Source of the DNA: Dehalococcoidales bacterium
GTDB lineage: Bacteria; Chloroflexota; Dehalococcoidia; Dehalococcoidales; CSSed11-197
Assembly: GCA_028716145.1 (NCBI GenBank)
Contig: JAQUQL010000001.1
Location: 1 to 53,663 of the forward strand
Direction: 5' to 3'
Length of the DNA: 53,663 bases
Shown piece after piece: positions 39,913 to 47,492 of the stretch (position 1 is the stretch's first letter; every line of letters starts with the position of its first letter). A program made the position numbers and the translations under genes. A model generated the notes under the pieces. It ran no database searches. It was not told where the DNA came from and worked only from the letters and a program-made list of their open reading frames with translations.

Positions 39913-40448
39913 TATTCTTCTCCTAAAATAATAATGTTATTCAAATTACGGTAGTGTTCATCACAATCCAGCCCATACCCCACCAAAAAACCATCCGGCG
40001 CAGTAAAACCGGAATAATCTATTGTAACTTCTGTTTCCCTGCGGCTTTTTTTATCAAGTAGAGAGCAAAGCCTGACGCTTTTTGCGCCCTTGCTTTTAAG
40101 ATAGCCAATGGCATATGTAGTAGAAAGCCCGGAATCAATGATATCTTCTACCAGTAACACATCTCGACCCATAATTTCGATCCGGGGCTCGAAGTAAAGA
40201 GTTACGGTGCCTGAACTTACCCGGTCGCTTCCATAACTGGATAAGCCTATGAAATCTATTTCTGCATCAATATCCAACTTTCTTACCAGATCGGCGAGAA
40301 ATATAAAGCTTCCTTTTAAAACACCAATCAGCACAAGCTTTTTGTTTTTATAATCATTACAGATGGCATCTGCCATACTGTCTATGGCTTTTTCTATTTC
40401 AATAGCTGAAACAAAAACGCTGGATTTTTTACGGTTACATGTACTCAT
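39912..40448 (-). CDS. hpt: Hypoxanthine phosphoribosyltransferase
   Basis: PRPP loop LLVEDIIDSGLST and C-terminal FLVGYGLD..YRNL. The track start (40499) runs through a stable hairpin and a TATAAT box, so ATG 40448 (178 aa) is more plausible. Confidence 0.82.
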   Translation of the reverse strand: MSTCNRKKSSVFVSAIEIEKAIDSMADAICNDYKNKKLVLIGVLKGSFIFLADLVRKLDIDAEIDFIGLSSYGSDRVSSGTVTLYFEPRIEIMGRDVLLVEDIIDSGLSTTYAIGYLKSKGAKSVRLCSLLDKKSRRETEVTIDYSGFTAPDGFLVGYGLDCDEHYRNLNNIIILGEE

Positions 40449-40470
40449 ACACTTAGCCATTATAATTGTT

Positions 40471-40513
40471 AAAGCGCTCAGGTGTCTATCCAGAGCCATA
40501 CTCTGAGCGCTTT
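40471..40513 (-). terminator. Stem-loop between feoB and hpt
   Basis: Perfect 11-bp stem AAAGCGCTCAG/CTGAGCGCTTT with a 21-nt loop, 24 nt after the feoB stop. A TATAAT box (40460-40465, minus strand) follows. Confidence 0.45.
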
Positions 40514-40536
40514 ATATGACAGGCTTCAAAGGTTAG

Positions 40537-42567
40537 TTAAAAAAGCAAGCTTCCTATCTGGAAAATAAGAGTAGATACGATCCATGCCACCGCTATTGTA
40601 TAAACAGCTGTAAAAGCAGCCCACTTCCAGGTGCCACTTTCGGCACGGATTACAGATATGGTTGCTACACAGGGGATGTAGAGCAGGCAAAACACCATAA
40701 AGGCATAGGCATTTAATGGCCCCCAACCAAGTTGAGCGACCAGAGCGTCCCCGAGCAAACCACTCCCAGTGAGCAAAACAGCTCCCAGGGTTGCCACCAC
40801 AACCTCTTTGGCTACAAAACCGGTAATAAGGCTTACAGCTATTGCCCAGTGCCCAATACCGGCTGGCCCCAAAAGCGGAGCTATCCAGCTACCCACTATT
40901 CCAAGTACGCTATCCTGGCTGGCATATTCAATACCCCAGGGAAGGCTGCCAAGCACCCATATGATGATGACAGCTCCAAGTATAACCGTGGCAGCACGGC
41001 TTAAAAAATGCTTGCCCCTTTCCCAGGTATGTATAAAAATACTTTTAAAGGTTGGCAACCTGTAAGGGGGAAGCTCCATTACAAAATGGGCTGATTCGCC
41101 TTTTTGAATGGTTTTTCTAAAGATAAAGGCAAAGAGTACAGCAATAACAATGCCGATCAGATACATGGAAAACAGCACAAGCCCCTGATGTGCCGAGAAA
41201 AACGCCCCGGCAAAAAGAACATAGATGGGCAACCTTGCCCCACAAGACATAAAGGGAGTGATGAGCATGGTTGTTATGCGATCGCGCGGGTTATCAATCG
41301 TACGGCAGGCCATAACCGCCGGAATCGTGCACCCAAAGCCTAACATCATCGGTATAAAGCTGCGTCCATGTAGACCAAGCTTATGCATGGCTTTATCCAT
41401 TATGAATGCTGCCCTTGCCATGTAGCCGGTATCTTCAAGTATGGCAATCGCTATAAACATTAAAAAGATGGGGGGTATAAACACCATTACCGCACCAAGT
41501 CCACCAATGATTCCATCACTGATAAGAGAAGCAAGCCACCCAGGAGAGATACCGGATGCCATTTCTCCCAGCCATTCAAATACCTGTTCGATTCCACCCA
41601 TAAGCGGCTCGGAGGCTGTAAAAACAAACTGGAAAAGCAGAAACATTAATGCTATAAAAATCGGTATCCCCGCCCAACGGTTAACCAGGACACGGTCCAG
41701 TTTATCCGTAAATGATGCCGCTTCGTGATAAGGCCGGGAATATGTATCTTTAATAAGCCCTGAGATGAACCCATACCGCGCATCGGCTATCAGGGTTTCC
41801 GCTTCATCTCCATATATACCTTCCAAGCGGAGAGTTGATTCTGCCAGTGCTTTTAAAACAGGCGCACCCTCTCCTTCCGATTCTTGAAAACGGCCGACGA
41901 TTTCGCTATCCCGCTCCAGCAGTTTCACAGCTATCCAGCGAGCAGGGTATTTTTTACCTAAAACACTATTTTCAATTGCCGGAAGCAGATGTTTTATTTC
42001 TGACTCCACATCCCGGCCGTAGTTGATTTTAAGTGTAGGACATGCTACCCCATGGTCGTCCAGGGCGCATATTATTTTTTTAAGCTCAGTTGTCCCTTCG
42101 TTGCGGCTGGCGGACATAGGGACAACTTTCACATTCAGTTCTTTTTCCAATGCCTTGATATCGATTTTGTGTTTGCGCGCATTTACGACATCCATCATGT
42201 TAAGCACCATGACAACCGGTGCGCCCATTTCCAAAAGCTGTAGCGTAAGGTACAAGTGCCTTTCCAGGCTGGAGCCATCCACGATGTTTACGACGATATC
42301 CGGGTTACCGTCGAGAATAAAATTCCGCGCAACTACTTCATCGGGAGAATATGCGGTCAGTGAATAGACACCGGGCAAATCTACGATTTTTGCCGATTGT
42401 TCTCCATGACGGCAAATGCCCTCTTTCTTTTCTACCGTAACCCCCGGCCAGTTTCCTACGTATTGGTGGGAACCAGTTAGATTATTAAATAAAGTGGTTT
42501 TACCAGAATTCGGATTGCCAAGCAATGCAATAACTGAACAGTTGTTGTTATTTGAAGTGTCTTGCAT
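40537..42567 (-). CDS. feoB: Ferrous iron transporter FeoB
   Basis: 676 aa with the N-terminal G-domain GNPNSGKTTLFN, DLPG and NMMD, followed by a polytopic permease. Confidence 0.93.
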   Translation of the reverse strand: MQDTSNNNNCSVIALLGNPNSGKTTLFNNLTGSHQYVGNWPGVTVEKKEGICRHGEQSAKIVDLPGVYSLTAYSPDEVVARNFILDGNPDIVVNIVDGSSLERHLYLTLQLLEMGAPVVMVLNMMDVVNARKHKIDIKALEKELNVKVVPMSASRNEGTTELKKIICALDDHGVACPTLKINYGRDVESEIKHLLPAIENSVLGKKYPARWIAVKLLERDSEIVGRFQESEGEGAPVLKALAESTLRLEGIYGDEAETLIADARYGFISGLIKDTYSRPYHEAASFTDKLDRVLVNRWAGIPIFIALMFLLFQFVFTASEPLMGGIEQVFEWLGEMASGISPGWLASLISDGIIGGLGAVMVFIPPIFLMFIAIAILEDTGYMARAAFIMDKAMHKLGLHGRSFIPMMLGFGCTIPAVMACRTIDNPRDRITTMLITPFMSCGARLPIYVLFAGAFFSAHQGLVLFSMYLIGIVIAVLFAFIFRKTIQKGESAHFVMELPPYRLPTFKSIFIHTWERGKHFLSRAATVILGAVIIIWVLGSLPWGIEYASQDSVLGIVGSWIAPLLGPAGIGHWAIAVSLITGFVAKEVVVATLGAVLLTGSGLLGDALVAQLGWGPLNAYAFMVFCLLYIPCVATISVIRAESGTWKWAAFTAVYTIAVAWIVSTLIFQIGSLLF

Positions 42568-42588
42568 GGTTGTTCAAGGTTCCTTTCT

Positions 42589-42822
42589 TCAAACTGTTTC
42601 TATAAGGATAAGGTTTGCTTCGTTTTTCCTGATACTAAGATTGAACCCCTTGATTTTAATTTCCATGGGATCACCAAGTGGAGCAATTCCAAGCACTTCA
42701 ACCTCGGTGCCTCGTACCATGCCCATATCCATAAGCTTGAGACGAAATTTCCCCTTAAGGCCGATTTTTGCAACCTTGCCCTTTTCTCCAGGTTGCAATT
42801 CGTTTAATGGTTTAACTGGCAT
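42589..42822 (-). CDS. feoA: FeoA
   Basis: 77 aa SH3-like FeoA pattern (L..L..G..G.V..I......L..MG...G..V.V....PLGDP). Confidence 0.82.
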   Translation of the reverse strand: MPVKPLNELQPGEKGKVAKIGLKGKFRLKLMDMGMVRGTEVEVLGIAPLGDPMEIKIKGFNLSIRKNEANLILIETV

Positions 42823-42836
42823 TAATCGCTCTCCGA

Positions 42837-42860
42837 AATTGTTAGGTTAAGCTAACAATT
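42837..42860. promoter_or_regulatory. Palindromic operator at the feoAB promoter, DtxR/IdeR iron-box-like
   Basis: Perfect 9-bp inverted repeat AATTGTTAG-N6-CTAACAATT. The embedded 19-mer TTAGGTTAAGCTAACAATT matches TTAGGTTAGGCTAACCTAA at 14 of 19 positions. It overlaps the -10 box and the transcription start region. Confidence 0.5.
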
Positions 42861-42885
42861 ATACTCCTTTTGGACTGTTTGTCAA
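42858..42885 (-). promoter_or_regulatory. Sigma-70-type promoter of feoAB
   Basis: The minus strand reads TTGACA-16 nt-TATAAT, about 35 nt upstream of the feoA ATG. Confidence 0.65.
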
Positions 42886-42943
42886 ATTGTTACATGTCTG
42901 AATTATTTTGATATTTTTTTTCTTCTTGATAGCTAAAAAAGTA

Positions 42944-42973
42944 TTGACAACCCTATATATAGTGGCTTATATT
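42944..42973 (+). promoter_or_regulatory. Sigma-70-type promoter of nrdDG
   Basis: TTGACA (42944-42949), an 18-nt spacer, then TATATT (42968-42973). An AAGGAG ribosome-binding site precedes ATG 43008. Confidence 0.6.
42950..42965. promoter_or_regulatory. NrdR-box-like palindrome in the nrdD promoter spacer
   Basis: ACCCTATATATAGTGG compared with the NrdR-box consensus acaCwAtATaTwGtgt, about 14 of 16 by eye. The core CTATATATAG is a perfect palindrome. Confidence 0.55.
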
Positions 42974-43007
42974 AATACTACAACAACCTATAGATAAGGA
43001 GAACCGA

Positions 43008-45131
43008 ATGCCGAACCTAAAAACCATTAACATTGAGAAGATCGCCAAGCGCGATGGACGCGTGGTGCCATTTGACGTTTCCAAAATCTATATAGCCGTT
43101 ACAAAAGCTCTTGGAGCGGTAGGTGATAACGATCTTTCAAAGGCAGAAAGGGTAACCAACGATGTTATCGGCATTCTGGATATAACCTGTCGGCAAGGCC
43201 GCGTGCCAGATGTTGAAGAGGTGCAAGACCTGGTAGAAAAAATGCTTATTCAGAATGGCTATGCAGATGCTGCCAAAGCATACATCCTCTATCGTGAACA
43301 GCATGCAAGAATCAGGGACGGCAAAAAACTGCTGGCAGGGGCAGTATCAATGGTGGATGAATATTTGCGTGAAAGTGATTGGCGGGTAAAGGAAAACTCC
43401 AATATGACCTATTCTCTCCAAGGTTTAAATGTATACCTTTCCTCTGATGTGCTGGCTTATTACTGGCTTACTCGGGTTTATAATGAAAAAATTCGTGAAG
43501 CCCACCTCGCTGGTGACTTTCACCTGCACGATCTTGGTGTTCTAGGCCCGTACTGTTGCGGCTGGGACCTGAAAGACCTGGTTATCCGCGGATTCGCTGG
43601 TGTGGCCGGCAAAATTGAAAGCCGCCCTGCCAAGCATCTTAGAAGCGCTCTTGGCCAGATCGTTAACTTCTTCTTCACTCTTCAAGGAGAGGCAGCAGGC
43701 GCGCAGGCCTTTTCCAACTTCGATACACTGATGGCACCATTTGTTAAAAATGATAACCTTGCCTATAAAGACGTGCGCCAGGCCATCCAGGAATTTGTTT
43801 TTAATCTCAATGTCCCAACCAGAGTCGGTTTTCAAACTCCTTTCACCAACCTTTCTTTTGACCTGGCTCCACCGAATTATCTCAAAAGCGAAGCTGCCAT
43901 AGTTGGCGGCCAGCCACAGGATTATACATACGGCGACTGCCAGGAACAAATAGACATGATAAACCGCGCCTTCTGTGAAGTTATGAACGAAGGCGATTCC
44001 AAAGGACGTATTTTTTCCTTCCCTATTCCCACCTACAACATCTCCTCCGGGTTCGACCCCGATAACCCCAACCTCGATGCACTCTGGCAGATGACAGCAA
44101 AATACGGCATACCCTATTTTGCCAACTTTCTTAATTCCGACCTCAAGCCGGAAGATGCCCGTTCGATGTGCTGCCGCCTGCGGTTGGACTTGAGGGAAAT
44201 CCGGCGCCGTGGCGGAGGTTTATTCGGCTCTGATCCATTAACCGGAAGTCTGGGTGTGGTTACCATCAATATGCCGCGCATCGGTTATCTTTCCAAAACC
44301 CGCGAGGATTTCTTTTCCCGTTTGCGTGCTCATATGGAAACTGCCCGAGATTCCCTGGAGGTCAAGCGTAAGGCACTCGACAATCTTGCAGAACAGGGCC
44401 TCTTCCCGTATTCCATCTGTTACCTGCAATCCATTAAGGACCGTTTGGGAAGTTACTGGGCAAACCACTTCTCCACCATCGGCCTTATCGGAATGAACGA
44501 GGCAGTACTCAACTTTATGGGAGAGGACATCACCACACCGGCCGGAGCCGCTTTTGCAAAAGAGGTTTTAAACTATATGAAAACCCTGCTTGCCGAGTTT
44601 CAAGAGGCTACCGGCAACCTCTACAATCTGGAATCTACACCTGGTGAAGGCGCTACCTACCGCCTGGCCAAGCTGGACAGAGAGCGTTTCAGCCGCATAA
44701 TTACTGCCGGTGAGCGTGAACCATATTACACAAACTCATCCCAGCTCCCGGTTGATGCTGAAATAGACCTGGTTGAAGCTATGAAGCACCAGGACGAGCT
44801 GCAGACCATCTACACCGGAGGCACCGTTTTTCACTGCTTTATGGGGGAACGTATTCATGACCCGGAAATGGCAAAGCAGATGGTTATGAAAACTGCTAAA
44901 AACTTCCATTTGCCATATTTTACCCTTACTCCAACTTTTTCCATCTGCCCCAGCCACGGCTATATAAACGGGGAAAACCCCAAATGCCCAACCTGCGGCC
45001 ACGAAACTGAAGTTTATTCCAGAGTGGTCGGTTATTTCCGGCCGGTGCGGCAGTGGAACAAGGGAAAACAGGAAGAATTCTCTGAAAGGCACCTCTTCAG
45101 CGAAAACATGCTGGAGAGTGTTGCTTCATAG
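43008..45131 (+). CDS. nrdD: Anaerobic ribonucleoside-triphosphate reductase (class III)
   Basis: 707 aa with an N-terminal ATP-cone, a C-terminal Zn-ribbon CPSHG...CPTCG and the glycyl-radical motif SRVVGYFRP. Confidence 0.93.
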   Translation: MPNLKTINIEKIAKRDGRVVPFDVSKIYIAVTKALGAVGDNDLSKAERVTNDVIGILDITCRQGRVPDVEEVQDLVEKMLIQNGYADAAKAYILYREQHARIRDGKKLLAGAVSMVDEYLRESDWRVKENSNMTYSLQGLNVYLSSDVLAYYWLTRVYNEKIREAHLAGDFHLHDLGVLGPYCCGWDLKDLVIRGFAGVAGKIESRPAKHLRSALGQIVNFFFTLQGEAAGAQAFSNFDTLMAPFVKNDNLAYKDVRQAIQEFVFNLNVPTRVGFQTPFTNLSFDLAPPNYLKSEAAIVGGQPQDYTYGDCQEQIDMINRAFCEVMNEGDSKGRIFSFPIPTYNISSGFDPDNPNLDALWQMTAKYGIPYFANFLNSDLKPEDARSMCCRLRLDLREIRRRGGGLFGSDPLTGSLGVVTINMPRIGYLSKTREDFFSRLRAHMETARDSLEVKRKALDNLAEQGLFPYSICYLQSIKDRLGSYWANHFSTIGLIGMNEAVLNFMGEDITTPAGAAFAKEVLNYMKTLLAEFQEATGNLYNLESTPGEGATYRLAKLDRERFSRIITAGEREPYYTNSSQLPVDAEIDLVEAMKHQDELQTIYTGGTVFHCFMGERIHDPEMAKQMVMKTAKNFHLPYFTLTPTFSICPSHGYINGENPKCPTCGHETEVYSRVVGYFRPVRQWNKGKQEEFSERHLFSENMLESVAS

Positions 45132-45825
45132 GCTGCTAATGATATGCGGGTTTAAAAGCCTTTCTTTGATAGATTATCCGGGGCAGATTGCCCCGGTAGT
45201 CTTTGTTGGGGGATGCAACTTTCGTTGCCCATTCTGCCATAATGCAGACCTGGTATTACACCCCTCTCCAACTAAAGAGTTTTCAGAGGAAAATGTCCTG
45301 ATGCGCATTGAAAGCGCTAAAAGCCTGGCCGACGGCGTTGTTATAACTGGAGGCGAACCTACACTCTGGGGAGGGCTGGAAAGTTTTATACGTAGGATCC
45401 GCAAGCTGGGTCTCAAAGTAAAACTGGATACTAATGGTAGCCTGCCCCCGGTGCTGGAACATCTTATCGAAGAAGGCCTACTGGATTACATTGCAATGGA
45501 TATTAAAACTTCAATTGCACGCTATAGTGAAGCTGCTGGTGTAAGCGTTGATGTTTCAGCAATACTAAAAAGCGTTTCTATAATTAAAAATGCACATGTA
45601 CCGCATGAATTCCGTACCACCTGTGTACCTGGGTTAGTGGAGGAGGATGATATCCACGCTATCTGTCAGATGCTTGGTCAAAACGAAAAACTCACCCTCC
45701 AGTATTTCCAGCCGGACCACACCATCGATCAATCGTATTCTCAAGTCAAGCCTTATCCTCCTGAAGTAATGGAGCGCCTTCTCTCAATAATAACCATTCA
45801 CGGATTGGCCGGAAAAGTTATTTGA
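45118..45825 (+). CDS. nrdG: Anaerobic RNR activating protein (radical SAM)
   Basis: 235 aa showing GGCNFRCPFCHN (CX3CX2C) and GGEPTL. Overlaps the nrdD 3' end. The start may instead be ATG 45139. Confidence 0.85.
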   Translation: MLLHRLLMICGFKSLSLIDYPGQIAPVVFVGGCNFRCPFCHNADLVLHPSPTKEFSEENVLMRIESAKSLADGVVITGGEPTLWGGLESFIRRIRKLGLKVKLDTNGSLPPVLEHLIEEGLLDYIAMDIKTSIARYSEAAGVSVDVSAILKSVSIIKNAHVPHEFRTTCVPGLVEEDDIHAICQMLGQNEKLTLQYFQPDHTIDQSYSQVKPYPPEVMERLLSIITIHGLAGKVI

Positions 45826-45868
45826 TGCAGGCTTTTATTTAGTATCGCTTCAATTACGCACCAGTCCG

Positions 45869-45877
45869 TGCTAAAAT
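45869..45877 (+). promoter_or_regulatory. Extended -10-like element for the zinc-ribbon gene
   Basis: TGCTAAAAT lies 33 nt upstream of ATG 45911, with a GGAGG ribosome-binding site in between. Confidence 0.35.
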
Positions 45878-45910
45878 AGAGCAAATTCTCCCAACCGACT
45901 GGAGGTTTGG

Positions 45911-46441
45911 ATGGAATGTCCAAAATGCGGTGAGTATATAGACCGCTCAATGTTTACCTCAGACGTAACCTACTGCCCCTATTGCGGGCAGGACCTTGAA
46001 TACACCCCACCCCCGGTAAACCTTGCCTATTGCCCTTACTGCGGGCAGGAACTCATTCCGGGCGCCATGTTTTGTCCCAAGTGCGGCAAGAAGCTGGCGG
46101 TAAAAAATAAAAAAAGAGAGCGTTCGGTACCATCTGCAAGCACTTACCAGACTTATGAAGATGAACCTTCAAGTCCCTCCTGGTTCAAGCGAACATCAAG
46201 CAACATTACCCGTTTTCTGACCTATATGTTCAGCTCAGAACGTAAGATGCGCCGCCTTTATGGCCAGTGGGCAGAATATGCTGATCTTTCCCCGGAAGAA
46301 ATCCAGGCGCTGGAAACCCAGACAGAAATGAGCGATGAATGGAAGCGCAAAGAGAGTATACTCAAAATTGCCATTGTGGTGGGGTTAAGCTTGATTGTAA
46401 TAATTGTGATAGTCGCCCTGCTGGTACTTTACGTTTTTTAG
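45911..46441 (+). CDS. Triple zinc-ribbon protein with a C-terminal TM anchor
   Basis: 176 aa with CPKCG...CPYCGQ, a second CPYCGQ copy from an internal DNA repeat, and CPKCGKK. Hydrophobic C-terminal helix IAIVVGLSLIVIIVIVALLVLYVF. Confidence 0.6.
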   Translation: MECPKCGEYIDRSMFTSDVTYCPYCGQDLEYTPPPVNLAYCPYCGQELIPGAMFCPKCGKKLAVKNKKRERSVPSASTYQTYEDEPSSPSWFKRTSSNITRFLTYMFSSERKMRRLYGQWAEYADLSPEEIQALETQTEMSDEWKRKESILKIAIVVGLSLIVIIVIVALLVLYVF

Positions 46442-46544
46442 GACCCATGATCAAAAGCCGACTCATCTTTATGAGAAGTGTGAAATATCTATAATATATT
46501 TTTACGAAAAGCTATAAACATGTATTTTATCCGTTTTCAAATTC

Positions 46545-46553
46545 TGATATAAT
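46545..46553 (+). promoter_or_regulatory. Extended -10 element for the sensor kinase gene
   Basis: TGATATAAT lies 15 nt upstream of the TTG at 46569. Confidence 0.4.
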
Positions 46554-46568
46554 CAGCCAAATCAAACA

Positions 46569-47486
46569 TTGCGTTTAATGGCAATACTGGCCAGAACGCT
46601 CGTTTTAATCAATTCTGGACGCTGGCAGGATGATTTGAAAAAACCAGGCGCCAATAATACATCTTCCTTTATACATAATATTTTGGGGATACTTCCCCGG
46701 ATTTCCATCAGTTTTCGTTTTCTTGGTTTGCTCGTTTTTTCTGTACTGCTTTCCAGTATTGTAATAAGTTTTGTAATCATTAACATCAGCCGGGATTCTA
46801 TCCGTAAAGAAGTTTTTACCCATAATCTTTCTCATGCTGAGCTGACAGCAGAATATGCATCCAACTATGTGCTTTCTGTACAGCACCATCTGGAGGCCTT
46901 TGCAAGCAGGCCTGACGTACTATCAGAAATAAGCAGAGGCACAACAGAAAACCTGCAGGGTTTTCTCAACTATATCGTTAACGCCATCCAGCCAGTTGAA
47001 GCAGCAGGCATCTATGATACGTCAGGGATTCAACTTCTGGCCAGTACACCGGGGGCGCCAACTGTAGGGCAATCTTTTGCTGACCGTGAATGGTTTCAGG
47101 AATGCATGGCCTCCGGCCAGCCTTATCTAAGCCCCCCGGTCGCTTCACGACTGACTGGCAATGTAGTTATGCCATATGCAATACCGGTATCCGAAGAAGA
47201 TGGGGAAGTACTGGCAGTTATCACCGGTGGCATTAATCTGGGCAGATTATCTGATACAATCATAAAAATAAGCTATGGTTACGATGCACGCATATCACTG
47301 CTGGACACCCGCGATGGAGGAGTGATACTCACCCACTCCGATCCAGAGAGAGTGATGATGGCTCCAACCGGCAAAAACGAGGCAGTTAACCGATTACTTT
47401 CCGGGGAAAGTGGGTCAATGGAAGTAACTGACAGCTCTGGGAGTAAAGTTCTTGCAGGATATGCCCAGGTACCTGGTCTTCCATGA
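46569..47486 (+). CDS. Sensor histidine kinase, N-terminal fragment (TM1 plus double-Cache-like extracytoplasmic domain), ending at an in-frame TGA
   Basis: TM helix LGLLVFSVLLSSIVISFVIINI followed by Cache-like blocks (DREWFQ..., PYLSPP..., VITGGINL...). It ends ...YAQVPGLP-TGA. The exact start is uncertain. Confidence 0.7.
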   Translation: MRLMAILARTLVLINSGRWQDDLKKPGANNTSSFIHNILGILPRISISFRFLGLLVFSVLLSSIVISFVIINISRDSIRKEVFTHNLSHAELTAEYASNYVLSVQHHLEAFASRPDVLSEISRGTTENLQGFLNYIVNAIQPVEAAGIYDTSGIQLLASTPGAPTVGQSFADREWFQECMASGQPYLSPPVASRLTGNVVMPYAIPVSEEDGEVLAVITGGINLGRLSDTIIKISYGYDARISLLDTRDGGVILTHSDPERVMMAPTGKNEAVNRLLSGESGSMEVTDSSGSKVLAGYAQVPGLP

Positions 47487-47492
47487 GGCGTA

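Noticed and set aside
37484-40448. PRTase plus deaminase plus nuclease neighbourhood as a defence system (RADAR- or retron-like effectors)
   Set aside because: The deaminase is a canonical AdeC-type adenine deaminase co-oriented and overlapping with hpt, which is purine salvage. There is no reverse transcriptase, large ATPase or other defence hallmark, and the flanks are housekeeping genes.
42985-43000. Possible second NrdR box (AACCTATAGATAAGG) downstream of the first
   Set aside because: It is only a degenerate half-match with an apparent 1-nt deletion. Its spacing to box 1 is about 35 bp centre to centre, not the roughly 31-32 bp I expect for tandem NrdR boxes, and it overlaps the AAGGAG ribosome-binding site, which explains part of the similarity.
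47484-47486. TGA as selenocysteine, or as evidence of an alternative genetic code (TGA = Trp or Gly)
   Set aside because: TGA terminates several well-defined genes in the same window: argG with a TGATG overlap to argH, mnmA, and the first partial ORF. The expected residue is Trp, not Cys or Sec, and I see no SECIS-like hairpin immediately downstream. A point mutation, a sequencing error or leaky read-through is more parsimonious.
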